DNA from: Camelus dromedarius
Taxonomy: Eukaryota
Length of the DNA stretch: 64,000 nt
Direction of reading: 5' to 3'
Assembly (NCBI RefSeq): GCF_036321535.1
Contig: NC_087447.1
Coordinates: forward strand, 35,342,001 to 35,406,000
Made by a program: the position numbers and the translations under genes. The notes under the pieces are model-generated. The model was not told the origin of the DNA. It made no database searches and was given only the letters and a program-made list of their open reading frames with translations. Shown one piece after another: positions 1 to 12,961 of the stretch (position 1 is the stretch's first letter; each line of letters starts with the position of its first letter).

Positions 1-419
1 AGAAGTAGAGAATGTTCCCTGTCTCCTGTAGCTGCAAGAACAGCAGATAGGATAATAAACACTGTGTCTACAAAATTTATTTCTGACAAAGGAGTTTTTG
101 AAACAACAAGAGACATCAGAGATCGTCACTATGCCCTATGAGAGCAACCCTGTAATATTTATTTACTATTTAGACTTTAGTCTATGCCTTTGAACAAAAT
201 TCTTCTTGATGGAAACTGTTAGACTGGGAACGTGGGTACTAGGTCCTGCTGCGGCAAGTTGACGGGGAGCTACCGAGACCGGCAATACTGCTGGGGGCGT
301 GTGTGCTGGGCCCGTCCTGGACAGCAGTTGATACTGCACAGCAAAAATAGGATGTGCACACAAGCAATATTCCTCCTTGATGTACATGGCACGACACAGA
401 CATCATTTTTTCTGGTCTA

Positions 420-2330
420 ATGCATATAACATGGCTGCTACTGTTGTATTTGCATCTTTCTGATTACTAATGATTTGTGCATCTCTTTGTGAGCTCATGA
501 CTCACTATGTGTTGTCTGTAAACTAGGTTTTGCATACTTGTTACCCATTTTTCTATTGGGGTTGCTGTCTTTTCTTCAGTTACTCATAGAAGTTCCTCAT
601 ATATTTGAAATATGAATTCCTAGCTATATTTTAGACACTGTCTTTTCCCATTCTCTATCTGAAATAAATTCTTGATTTTCATGTAATGAAATTCACCATT
701 TTATGCCTTATGTTTTGTGCTTTTGAAGTTTTGTTTAATAATTTTTCCACATCTCTAGATCATAAATATATTCTTTGATATTCTTTCTATTAATGTTATA
801 GTATTACCTTCAACTTAGGTATGTAATAATTCTAGAGTTGACATGTGTGTGTGTATTAGGTAAGTTTTATTTTTCTCTTCCCAAAACTGTTAACACATCC
901 TTTTTCAATGGTTGTGATGTCTCCTTGCTCATGTATTTAACATCCTGTACACGTGGCCCTAGCTCTGCACTCTATTCCCCATTGGCCAATGTGTCTTTTG
1001 TTGAGCAGATACCACTGTTTTTATTGCTGTGCTTTTCTGTACATCTTAACACCTGGTACAGTAACTGCCTCTTCTTAAGTCTCCTTATTTAATAATGACT
1101 TTTTGTATGCATGGGCCTTTATTTCTTGATGTGAATTTTTGAGTAATTTTCTTCAGTTCCTGGAAAATTCAACTAGAATTTTCATTAGGATTGCATTGAA
1201 TTCGTAGATTAATTTGGGGTAGAGTCAATATTTTTATAATATTATGTCATCCTATCAGTGAGCCAGGAACTTCACTTCATTTATGCAAATCACCTTTTAA
1301 GGTGTTTACTGGAGGTTTGAAATCTTCTCCATTCTGGTGCTGTGTCTTCCTGGCTAAATTAATCCCTAGGTACTTTACAGTTATGTTGTTACCATGAAGG
1401 ATTTATTACCATTAATCCTATTTTCCATTTGGTTATTTCTGCTATGGGGAAATGCTGTTGGTTTTTGGATCAAGTGTTGTGCAACCTAATTAAATTTCCT
1501 TATTGATTCTAGTAGTTTGTTGATTTTGTGGGGGTTTTTTGAGGTCAAAGGTTACATTAACTACAAATAATGACAGTTTTATGTCTGCTTTTCTCATCCT
1601 CGTATTTCTTATTTCCAAAAATTTTCTCTAGCATTTGCCAGGACTTCCAGAACTGTGTTACACAACAGTGGTAATAGTAGCATTCCTTCCTCATTCCAGA
1701 TCCTCAAAGGGAATGCATGAAAGGTTTTTCCATGAAATAAAATATGTGCTGTAGCTTTTTGGCAAATAACTTAATAAAATTAAGAAATTCAATTTTCATA
1801 TATTGTTTGCTAAAGGATTTTTAAAAGGAAATCATAAATATGCCTTCAGCTTTATCAAATGCTTTATTAATCAATTGAGATAATATTTTTCTCCTTTAGA
1901 CTATCATTGTGGTGAATTATATTGATTTTGTAATTTTGGCCCATTTTTACATTCCTAGAATAAACCACACTTATCCATGACACATTTTTAATACTCATAT
2001 TTTGTTTGGTAACGTGATGCTGTTTTGAATTTTTGCTACTTTGAAGTGAAATGGAATTACTGTTTTCTTGTATTGCCCATCTCTTGTTCTGGAAGCAAGT
2101 TACTCCAGCTTCTTTAAAATGAACTGTCCAACTTCATTCTTTATCAGTTTTCTACAATAAGCTGTATAATATAGAATTAACTATCCCTGGAGATTTTTAG
2201 CAAACTCCCATTAAAAAGTATCTGGTCTCAGCGGGGAATACTGGAGACGAAAAGGTTTTGACAACCACTTCAACTTATCTAGTACTTATTTGGCCTCCTA
2301 AAGTTGTCTATGTCTCTGCGTAAAAAAGAT
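420..2330 (-). mobile_element. Old, degraded LINE-1 fragment(s)
   Basis: T-rich antisense L1 ORF2-like tracts, e.g. ggattgcattgaattcgtagattaatttgggg (~1188-1219) and gctttatcaaatgcttt (~1849-1865); boundaries approximate. Confidence 0.6.
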
Positions 2331-3295
2331 GCTTACCTAAACAAACACCTTTGAGGGTGTTCATCTAAATTAACAAACGGTGTGTCATTGTGAGTTGATT
2401 ATATTGAGATCTGAGAACGCTGACTCCACATTAAGCCCACACTTGAACCAGGAAAGGGGACTCAGATTAATCTCTTTTGGTCTATACAGGGAATCCGTCT
2501 GTCTCTGTGAGCTGGTCTAACCAGCTCAGGATAATGCTGCTGAAGGGTTTTTGTGCAGAGGAAGGCTGCAGTCACTGAAAGGAAGGATCATCGTTGTGTC
2601 GTGCCGTGTCTTGCTGTCATCACTGTTGTCGTTGATTGCTGTCTTGTGGCTTCTGCCGGAAGAATGCAGGTGCAGCCTTAGCTGTGAGGCAGCAGCAGTT
2701 GGCTGAGCGGAGAAACGTGGTAAATCTGTTCACTCAGATGGTTGTTTCTAGGTTTGAGCATCAGTTGTGTTAGACTCCTGTGTGATCCTAGGAGAGGGTC
2801 ATTTCCTTATGACACTTGCAGTTCAGCAGAGGGGGTTTTCCCACACTTTTGGAGCGGGGGCAGGAGAGGAGCCCCCCCAGAGCAGAAAAACACCTACCTC
2901 TTAACAGGTTGCCTTGCCTCCAAACTAGGGAGCTGCTGCCCTCTAACACATAAACATATAGGTGTAGGTCCTGGTCTGGGGAAGGCAGAGCGGCGGTGTA
3001 AAAAATGTTTCCTTTTCTGATGTAAACATTTCCCCCTATGTTTTGCTTTCTTGGGGAGGAAATGCAGCCATAGAAACAAGAGAGTACAGAAAAATTTAAT
3101 ATTTCTTCAGTTGTTTGAATGTAATATTCTCTTTTAATCTCCCTGAGTGAAATGGAAGATGGGGAATGGAGAAGCCAGGCTTTCAGGTGCTGAAACTGTG
3201 TATTTGTAGAAGCTGCTCTTGCCTCAAGGGTTGGTTTCTTAGTATCTATAAGGACACAGAAGAGGACTTGTGGAATTTGGAATTAGATTGATTCT

Positions 3296-4530
3296 ATGTC
3301 TTGTCTATTGGGAGTGAACATGAGGGTGCAGATGTCTTTTCAACTTACTGTTTTCATTTCCTTCAGCTAAATACCCAGAAGTGGAATTCCTGCATCATTT
3401 AGTCCTATTTTTAGAACTAATATTTTAGGTAGTTCTGTTTTTAACTATTTAAAGATCCTCCATACTGTTTTCCATAGTGGCTGCACAAATTGACATTCCC
3501 ACCAACAGCACAGGAGGGTTCCCCATATCTCCACATCCTTGCTAACACTTGCTATTTCATGACTTTTTGATAATAGTCATCTTAACAGGTGTGAGATAAT
3601 ATCTCATTGTGGTTTTGATTTGTATTCCCCTGATGGTTAGTGATACTGAGCACCTCTACATGTGTCTGTTGGCCATTTATATGCCCACTTCAGAAAAAAA
3701 AAATGTCTAGTCAGATTCTCTGGCCATTTTAAATCAGATTCTTTGTCTTTTTGCTATTGAATTGAATAATTTTTTTTTTTGGATATTAGCCCTTTATCAG
3801 ATTTATGATTTCTAAATATTTCCTCCCATTTTGTAGGTTGCTTCTTCATTTCATTGACAATATCCTTTGCTGTGCAGAAGTTTTTTGGTTTGATGAGCTC
3901 CACTTGCATAATTTTGCTTTTGTTGCCTCTGCTTTTGGTATTAAATCCAAAAATTTTTTGCCAAGGTCAACGTGAAGGAGCTTACTGTCTATGCTTTCTT
4001 CCAGGAGTTATACAGTTTCAGGTCTTCCATTCAGTTCTTTAATCCCATTTGAGTCAAGTTAAGTTAAAGCTGTAAGACAGTGACCCAGTTTCCTTCTTTT
4101 GGATGTGTCTGCCTACTTTTCCAACACCATTTATTGAAGAAACTGTCCTTTCCCCATTGTATATTCTTGGCTCCTCTGTCATAAATCACTTAACCATATA
4201 TGTGTGGGTTTTATTCTGGGCTCTCTGATCTGGTCCATTGGTCTATGTGTCTGTTTTTATGCCAATACCATACTGTTTTGATTACTATAGTTTTGTCATG
4301 TACTTTGAAATGAGGAAGTGTGATGCCTCCAACTTTGTTCCTTATTCTCAATATCACTTTGACTATTTGGGATCTTTTGTGATTCCATACACATTTTTGG
4401 ATTGTTTGCTCTATTTTTGTGAAAAAATGCCTTTGGAATTTTGATAATGATTGCATTGATTGCAGTGGAATCAATAATCAGTAGATTGATTTGATTAGTA
4501 TGGACATTTTAACAAAATTTATTCTTCCAA
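3296..4530 (-). mobile_element. LINE-1 fragment (ORF2 3' half)
   Basis: Minus-strand ORF 4211-4474 contains L1 ORF2-like motifs GGITLPHFK and [16 protein letters not shown]; typical tttccatagtggctgcac and ctcattgtggttttgatttg tracts. Confidence 0.9.
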
Positions 4531-5483
4531 CCCACAAGAACGTATTAAAAATTTTTTATTGTAATGATGCTGGATTAAATAATTATTTTAAAAATCAGTA
4601 ATATTTTAAATAGTACATGAGTTGTGGCCTTAAAAATGCTCACAAATATTCTCACCTAGATACTAAATAGTAGTGTCATATCAGAGTAGTTCATATCAGA
4701 AAGAAAAATCTGAAGACTTAAGAGAAAAAGAATGCAGATGGAAATTCAAGTAAATTATTAACTATAACAAATGGAGGATTTTAGATACAAAAGATTATAT
4801 ACTCAACATTCCATGTTCATTATCCTGTGTTGGCTTTTCCTTTTCCTTTTTGTAAGTTTTGGACTTCCCAAGCCAACATCTCTTTCTCTCAATGCTACCT
4901 GGTGAGAGTCCAGGGCTTAGCCTTAGAAAGACTGCGGATCCACCTAACTGCTGGTGAAAGAAGGCCTAGCAAGATAAGGAGAGACTATCCACTTTTCTCC
5001 TGCAGCTTGAAGACATACAAATGGTTTTCTACATCAAAAACTGTTATTGCAACAGTTATTTCTAACAAAGAAAACTTGAAAGACACCCAGACTTCAGAGA
5101 ATGCTGCTATAGCCTATAAAATTAAACCTTATCTTTAAAACTGTGATTCTGATTGGTAATTTAATTTATTAATGTGTTAATAATATGTGGACTTGGTAAT
5201 AATACATTAATTAATCTCTTTGTCTTCTAAAAAGTATAATTATTATGAGTTTTCTTGGTAAAGCCGGAAGATTTAAATTGTATTAAGTGCTTTATATGTG
5301 CCCAGAACTGATCCAAGCCCCTTTCAGCGTTAATCATTTAATCCTGAAAACAATACTATGAGTTCGGTATCCTTGTTTTCCTCATTTTATATTCATGGAA
5401 CTGCTCATGAGATTTTCCTGCTGTTCCTCTGAGTCTGGGATTTAGGTCTTAGATGCTATTCATGGTCATGGTGTCCTGTGGGG

Positions 5484-5610
5484 CCTTTTCCTTCCTTCCT
5501 TCCTTCCTTCCTTCCCTCCCTCCCTCCTTCCTTTCTTTCTTTTTCTTTCTTTCTCCTTCTCTCTCTCCCTCCATCCCTCCCTCCCTCCCTTCCTTCTTCT
5601 CCTTTTCTAT
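5484..5610. repeat. (CCTT/CCCT)n polypyrimidine simple repeat
   Basis: ccttccttccttccttccttccctccctccc... read directly. Confidence 0.9.
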
Positions 5611-5737
5611 TTTTGTTTGTTTGTTTTGTTTTCTGATTCTTCATAGCCTTCATTTCTTCTCTTCCACTTAAGTGTAACAGAAAAAGTGGAGGTCTCTTAG
5701 GCCTCTCACTATCCTTGTTACATGTGGCTACTAAAGC

Positions 5738-5875
5738 AGGGGTACCACCTAATTTACTGTGTAAACCAGGTCACTTTTGAGAGTAAAGCTATTTGCTAAT
5801 TGTCACTGTTGACAATTGAGCTGGGACAATAGGTGCTAACAGACACCGTGTCTGCAAACCTGGACACAGTGACTC
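5738..5875. mobile_element. MER81-like hAT DNA transposon relic
   Basis: aaaccaggtcactttt-gagagt...ctgggacaatagg...gcaaacctggacacagtg resembles the MER81 consensus as recalled. Confidence 0.5.
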
Positions 5876-7384
5876 ATGGAGACTCTTGGGAAATCTCTTT
5901 AAGGCCTGAAAATTCTGATATCACCAGGACAGAATAGCGTTCTCTTGCAAGAGAAACATGTGAAAATAGCTGACTGCCACCATTGTCCATTATTCTAAGC
6001 ATGGCCCTGCAATGAACTGTGTGTCCCTTCCAGGAAGACAGAGTACACTACGTAAAAAGGGAAAAGGACTTGCAATGCTTGACTTGGTGTCTAGAAACTG
6101 TACTTGCTTTCTCTCTAATGAGTCTATCAAAGAGGAAAATGACTGCAATGACGTGAGAAAGTGGGGGGTGGGTTTCCAGCATTGAGTGGCTCCAAAGAGA
6201 GTAAAAGAACTGTAGCAGGCTATGCTCGCCAGCCCATGATATCTGCCTTGAGGAAAGTAGGAGATGGGGTGTGGACCTCACAGCCCTCCTCCACGAAGCA
6301 GCCCCCCATGCACGCCGGTGGCCAATGGCTGTGGATGGTTGACAACTTCCCCTTCTCCCCACCATGTCTTCTCCTAGGACCAAGTGAGCCAAGCCAGCTC
6401 AGAGACCTGTGTTACCTGGACCAAGGGAACCCCAGCTTTGCCAAGGAATGTAAGTTGTGTTGGCAATATTTGAATATTGCTTAGCTTTGCCCTCGATAAG
6501 AACCAAAGGGACAGAGAAATTCTTTAGACTTTTATCTGCTTTCCATGTTCATCTCATTACGCCTACAAGAAATAAAATATGACCCAGACCCAGAAAGAGG
6601 CATCATTCTAATTTTGATAGGCTCTAATCTAAGACAATGATTCCCAGACACCAGTGTAATCCTTGCCTGATTTGCTTCCTCCTCGGCCACTGCTCCTCTT
6701 TCTAATGTCCTACTCATAATTCCCCGAGTCTTGTAACAAATTGGAAGTTCTTCATCCTAGTTCTTCTCGGGGTTACTAGTTGAGCACAAGTCCCACGTCC
6801 CTCTTGACTATATTATTTACTGTCTCCCAATATCTCAGCTATTAAGTCTCCATGAGTTGCTTATGTCAGTCTTGGAGATCACTTCCCTGTATCTGCAATG
6901 CACTGTTCACATTCCTTTTCTCCTGCAAACACTCCTGGCAAAAATCTGGAGGTAGTTCTCCCTGGGATGGGTGTTAACTTGCCCTGCTGCTGTCCTCAGG
7001 CTTCCAACCCAGGGTCCCAATATCAGAAGGACCAGTTCTGATGTCCTCTGGATCCCCCACCATCTCTTCCACTTGCACATGCAGCATCCTGTCTTCTCTA
7101 GGGAAATCCAGTGACCTTTTAACCTACCCTTTTGGATGAAGGGGCAAAGCTGGGGCAGATGAATGGGCCTGGCCTCCATCCTCCTGATAACACTTGCATG
7201 CAATTTCTTCCCAAGACAATTGACCAAGCTCACACAGTAAAGCAGAGTCCAGCTTTTCTGGTTGAAACAGCTGTTCTCTGACATCATAACCTCCCAGCAT
7301 TCTTGGGCTAAATTCCGGGTTTCTCTGCATCCTTCTTGAATCTTCTATTCTGATAATTTAACAGCCAGTGGGCCGTTTCCTGCT

Positions 7385-8372
7385 TTTTTTTTTTTTAATT
7401 GACGTATAGTTGACTTATAATGTTGTGTTAATTTCAGGTATACAGAAAAGTGATTCAGCTGTATATATATATATATATATTTATATTCTTTTTCAGGTTC
7501 TTTTCCATTATAGGTTATTACAAGATACTGAATATAGTTCCTTGTGCTATATAGCAGGTCCTTTTTGTATATCTATTTTATATATAGTAGTGTGTTTATG
7601 TTAATCTCAAACTCCTGATTTATCCCTCACCCTCTCAACCCTTTTCCTTTTGGTAACCATAGTTTTTCTATGTCTGTAAGTTTATTTCCAGTTTGTGAAG
7701 AAGTTAATTTGCTTTATTTTTTAGACTTCAAATATAAGTGATATCATATATATGTCTTTCTCTGTCTGACTTACTTCACTTAATATGGTAATCTCTAGGT
7801 CCATTCATGTTGCTGCAAATGCCATCATTTCATTCCTTTTACGGCTGAGTAATATTCCACTGTTTGTATATATATATATATATAGATATATATATACACA
7901 CACCAATCTTCTATATCCAGTCATCTGTTGATGGACATTTAGGTGGCTTCCCTGTCTTGGCTATTGTAATAGTACTGCTATGGACATTGGGGTGCATGTA
8001 TCTAGAGTTTTCTCCAGATAGATGCCCAGGAGTGGGATTTCTGGATCCTATGGTTAGTCTATTTTTAGTTTTTTAAGGCACCTCCATACTGTTCTCCTTA
8101 GTGGCTGCACCAACAGTGTAGGAGGGTTCCTTTTTCTGCACACCCTCTCCAGCTATTATTGTTTGTAGACTTTCTGATCATGGCCATTTTGAGTGGTGTG
8201 AAGTGATATTTCATTGAAGTTTTGATTTGCGTTTCTCTAATAATTAGTGAAATCGAGTATCTTTTCATGTGTCTATTGGCCATCTGTATGTCTTCTTTGG
8301 AGAAATGTCAGTTTGGGTCTTCTGTCCATTATGTGATTGGGTTTTGTTTTGTTTTTTTGACACGAAGCTGCA
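7385..8372 (-). mobile_element. 5'-truncated LINE-1 with poly(A) tail
   Basis: Poly-T at ~7384-7396 followed by antisense L1 3'UTR and ORF2 end (minus ORF 8098-8283 [21 protein letters not shown]); possible TSD TTCCTGCT at 7377-7384 and 8373-8380. Confidence 0.9.
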
Positions 8373-8784
8373 TTCCTGCTCATTTTTATGGTTTCATTTC
8401 TACACAGCATTGTGGCAAATTTCTGCACTATAGTTCAACTTTCCTGGGTTACAGCATCCTCCAAATATAAGGTGCCATTATGACCTTCAATAGCATCTAT
8501 TCATGAGTACACTCGAAGGGAGGACTCCCTTTTCCAGGGCTGAGTCCACCCATGTGGGTGCTGGAAGCTCTGTTGTCCTGGATGGTGTCCCCTTCCTTTC
8601 CTGCTCCTGTTCGGGGTCCCAGCTTCATCCTGAGTGGTCCCTTGCAATGGACCCCTTCTTTTCCATTTGCCCTGTATTCTCACATTCTTTACTCAACTCT
8701 CTTTTTCTAATATTGGTTACCCTTCACAGAAAATGTAAGTACATTATTGTGTGAGGAAACACACCTTTCCCCACGAGCAGTGAG

Positions 8785-9017
8785 ACTGGAAATGAGCAGA
8801 AAAACCCCAAATTGCTACATTCCAGAAAGCTGCCGGATTGCACAATCTGGAAGAATCAGACATGTGTGAAGACTAACCCAGCTGTTCAGGATGCTGTGTG
8901 CTGGCCAAGAGGGATTTCCCAACTTTCTTTATTTCTTTCTTCTTGATTTTTTTCCCTTTTTTTGCTACATCAAAGCAGCCTTCCTATTTGCTCCACTAGC
9001 CAATGTCAGTATATAAA
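8785..9017 (+). promoter_or_regulatory. SAA3: SAA3 acute-phase promoter
   Basis: NF-kB site GGGATTTCCC 8911-8920; C/EBP site ATTGCACAAT 8837-8846; CTGGAA motifs at 8786, 8847 and reversed at 8820; CCAAT 9000-9004; TATATAAA 9010-9017. Confidence 0.85.
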
Positions 9018-9040
9018 GCACAGCCGCGTCTCCAAGGCAG

Positions 9041-9095
9041 GCAGCACAGCCAGCTCAGCTTCACCAGGAGCCTCAGCAGGAAGGCACAGCCAAAG
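9041..9095 (+). other. SAA3: SAA3 exon 1 (non-coding 5'UTR)
   Basis: Starts about 25-30 nt after TATA (start approximate); contains cagctcagct as in SAA first exons; ends at donor AAG|gtgagg (GT at 9096). Confidence 0.75.
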
Positions 9096-9768
9096 GTGAG
9101 GTGCTAGAACTTTCCAACACCCTTCCTCTTTGGAGATGCTCTCTCCTCACATTGTTGTGCTGCACCCCAGCTCTCTGCATCCTCCTTGAATCTATCTTTC
9201 TCACAATTAGAACTCACCAGATGTGAATATTTTGGGGAGGTGTGGGGTGTTTCATCATCTGCTTCTTCTGTGTGCAGTCCGTGACGGGTAGAGCAGGCAT
9301 TCTGCAATTATCTGTGCATTGTTCACCTCGTCTCATAGCACAGAGCAGTTCTGTGCTCACAGACCCCTAATGCCTTTTGGAAACTTTCTGTGGTTGGGTT
9401 TCAGGGCTGAGAGGGGAGATTGAACTGGAAAGTGGTTTATACTAAAAGCCTGTGGCAATCGCTCATACAGTAAATCACTGGGATTCCAATGACACATGGA
9501 AATGAGAACTGGATCCACTGAAATACAATATACCTATTTATTTGTCTACCTATCTGTAAAATATATATATATGTTATATAAATGTATATATATGGAGGGA
9601 GAGAAGGGGGAGAGAGAGAAAGAGAGAGGCATAGATAGAAAACTGAGTGGCCCTTATTTTTGGAATGCAAGGGTGTATATCAACATGACAAATAAAAAAA
9701 AAAAAAACAAACAAACCCTGAACTTGTCATCTTTGTCTTTGACTGTGTCTGCTTCTCTCTGCAGCAGG

Positions 9769-9859
9769 ATGAAGCTTTCCACAGGCATCATTTTCTGTTT
9801 CCTCATCCTGGGAGTCAGCAGCCAGAGATGGGCAAGCTTCCTCAAGGAAGCTGGTCAAG
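9769..9859 (+). CDS. SAA3: Serum amyloid A3, coding exon 2 (signal peptide and N-terminus)
   Basis: ATG 9769; MKLSTGIIFCFLILGVSSQRWASFLKEAGQ(G); acceptor ctctgcag(cag), donor AG|gtaagg; 91 nt. Confidence 0.95.
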
Positions 9860-12150
9860 GTAAGGATCGAAGGATGGGCCAGAGGGGAGGCTGCATCAGG
9901 CCAGGATTCACCTGAGCAGAGGCCACATCCCCACAGGGCAAGGCCACAAGTGGGGAGAAAAGGAGCTTGGTTTTCATGGTAGCACATCCCCCAGCTTTGC
10001 ATCTGGTCAGCTTTTCACTCTTCTATGGGATCCCTAAGCCCAAGGTCATGTGAAGTTTAGGCCCAACTCTCAGCAGGAGTGAGGAAAACATCGGGGTTCC
10101 AGAGTGCATGTTCCCTAAATCCAAGTGGGGCTCTGCTGCCCCCTGGTGGGCATCGAGGGACAGCTCATTTCAAGTCTCAGGTAGCCATGAAGTGGGTGTG
10201 TACAGCGTGTAGGGAGGGTTCACACTCCCCATCCACTTAGTAAATATATCAGAAATAACTGATCTTTTAATAGCTGCAAGATATCATTCTAAGAGCTTTC
10301 CATATGTGAATAAACTCATTTTCATCTCTAGGTTTTAACCCTTTAATGTGCAACATAGGTACCATTACCCCTTAAGAGAAACTGAGGCATGGAAGATGGA
10401 CTGACTCTTGGCAAAGCCCTCAGGCAGAGCAGGATTCCGCCCAGGTTGTCGAGCTCCCAGACCTTGCTGTTATCCTCGGTGCTATACTGACTCCCAGATA
10501 AGAGCGCACATGGGAGAGTGAGGGATTTGTGAACACATGTCCTGCTCTTTATCTGAGCAAATAGCAAATAGTAGGGACGTGGTGCCTTTGGAAGGCAACT
10601 CCATAGAGCTCCTCTCCCTGCAATAAAAGGTACAATGAATGACCTCGATGATGGTCCTACTGGGGTTGAGACCTGGCCTGAAACCCATAGCAAGAGGCAT
10701 ACACCTCGCTGGCCAGAGTAAAGTGGCAAACATTTGCTTATTTCACAAATTTATTTTGTGGTATTTTTCTGTGATAGTTTCTAAATTAATTATTTTAATA
10801 GCTGGCTGTTAATTCTATCTACATTTTCACAGACCCAGCTAAAAATATATTTTCATCTTTTGGGTCAGTGTTTTTCAACGGGTTGTTCTAGGACGACTTG
10901 CATGAGAATCACTTGGGGCCCAGGGTGCTCTGAGGAACTCAGGTGCCTGGGTCCACACTCCTTCCACTGAATCACAATCCTGGGGGCGGAGACTGAAAAT
11001 CTGGCCTTCATCAGGCACCTCAGTTGACTTTCGTGAACACTAAAGTGTGCACAGGAGCTCTGGTTTTGCTACCCTTAGGTGACAAGATATGCAAGGCATT
11101 TTGCAAATACATACTAAGGAAGTCTTGACCCCAAGTATGTATTTAAATCAGTAACTCAGTGGAAATAAGTAGAGCAGAAATGTCATAACTCTCAACAAAC
11201 TATCTTTCCAAATGCCAGAAATAATAAATATGCAGAATGAAGGTAAGTTATCTCTATATACACCATGGTTATAACGCTACACTAAAATTCTCTCTTTTCC
11301 CTGATAAGTTATTTTATAACAACTTTGGGATTTAACTCTAGCTGGTCAGATTCCTTTCATTCATAACTCTCAGCTCCTCATCTTAGTTTATTATTTTTCT
11401 TCCTTTTGTCCCACTGTTGCTAAGAACCAGAGAAGTAATATTATACTGAGCACCTACAATGTTCTAGAAGTTAAACCTGCATTTCCCCAATTCTGCATAA
11501 CCACTCTGAGAGAGGCAATACTCCTCCATTTTATTGGAGAGGACACTGAACTTTAGAGCTGGTGGGTCCTTGCCCTTTTTCTGCATCTGATTACCTCATC
11601 TCTTTAAAGTTCTCTCAGGGAACTCGCTTTTTTCACCTGTTGATTGAATTCTGAGTTTCCCCAGTGCCAAATAAGTCCTGGATGTTCAGATATACTCGGG
11701 ACCGAGTTGTCCTCACTTTATCCACAGGGACGAATTTCTCCCATGGACTAGACTGGGAGCATCCGGTCTGCAGCCTCCCTCAGAATTGCCTTTGTTTTCA
11801 TGCCTGGGTCAGAATTTCCTGCATCTTTGCTGGTAGAGGTTCATTGCACCACCAAACATCCCTTAAAGATCACCCTATCTTTTCTTCACATGATCACAAA
11901 CAACCAAACACAAAATACTGACAGACTGAGAATAGAATCAAACAGAGTGAAAACTTGCACCAAGGGCGATTCTTGTAACATTAATCCAGAGAAGTGAAAA
12001 AGTAAAGGAATATTCTTTTCACGCCGACAAAATATTCTCCAAGGACCTAGTCAAAGGCTGAAATCTGGAATCAGGGGGAGGAAAATGTTTTATTTTTCTG
12101 TTTTGCCTGAGACTGATTACATTCATCTCTTCATTTTCTTTTTCTCCCAG

Positions 12151-12289
12151 GGGCTAAAGACATGTGGAGAGCCTACTCTGACATGAGAGAAGCCAATTAC
12201 AAAAATTCAGACAAGTACTTCCACGCCCGGGGGAACTATGACGCTGCCCAAAGGGGACCTGGGGGTGCCTGGGCTGCTAAAGTGATCAG
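12151..12289 (+). CDS. SAA3: Serum amyloid A3, exon 3
   Basis: (G)[45 protein letters not shown](S), the SAA family signature; acceptor ctcccag, donor AG|gtacca; 139 nt, phase-consistent. Confidence 0.97.
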
Positions 12290-12671
12290 GTACCAAGGGG
12301 CCCTGGGGCAGGGACAGGTGAGCAGAGCTTGGCTGCCTTGGACAGCCAGAAGGGACCAAGCCCTGGAGAACTGTCCTCCTCTTGTCCACAGTCCCCTCTG
12401 TGCCCAGTGTGGGGTCTGAGTGGCTGAAGAGCAGGGCAAGGCTGGTGGCACAGGTGACTCCCAGCCCTCCCCCTATAGTGCTGGTCACCCTGCATGAGGC
12501 CAGTCACTGGGGCTGAGCTGTGCTGTGCCCGGGCAGCCTCAGGGTTTTAGCCCCTGTTTCCTTGGCTCCTCAGGGGCATGATTTATTCCTTGGAGAGAGG
12601 AGAGATTGGGCAGGTGTGGCTGTTGCTCATCAGCCCTAAATTCCTCTCCTCCCTGCCCTCTTCCCTTCCAG

Positions 12672-12834
12672 TGATGCCAGAGAGAATATTCAGAGGATCA
12701 CAGACCGTTTTAAGCATGGAAGCAGTGGCCATGGAGTGGAGGACTCGAAGGCTGACCAGGCTGCCAATGAATGGGGCCGGAGCGGCAAAGACCCCAATCA
12801 CTTCCGACCCGCCGGCCTGCCTGACAAGTACTGA
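12672..12834 (+). CDS. SAA3: Serum amyloid A3, exon 4 to stop
   Basis: [53 protein letters not shown]; total CDS 91+139+163=393 nt, 130 aa. SAA3 assignment from the QRWxxFLK N-terminus and position next to SAAL1. Confidence 0.95.
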
Positions 12835-12961
12835 GCTGCCTCTCCCTCTGCTCAGGAGACGGGGCTCTGAGCCTCATGAAAGCAAGGATAGTGCTGAGCT
12901 AGGTTACTGAATTCTGTATCTGTAGTACTTACTAGTTGATAAATAGCACGTAAAAGTGTTT

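Noticed and set aside
1..7300. Possible MRGPRX or additional SAA gene upstream of SAA3
   Set aside because: No ~1-kb GPCR-like frame and no SAA-like exons recognised on either strand; heavily decayed copies cannot be excluded by eye
9496..9768. Upstream in-frame extension of SAA3 (139-aa ORF)
   Set aside because: Lies in intron 1 over TA/GA simple repeats; a signal peptide starts at ATG 9769 right after a splice acceptor
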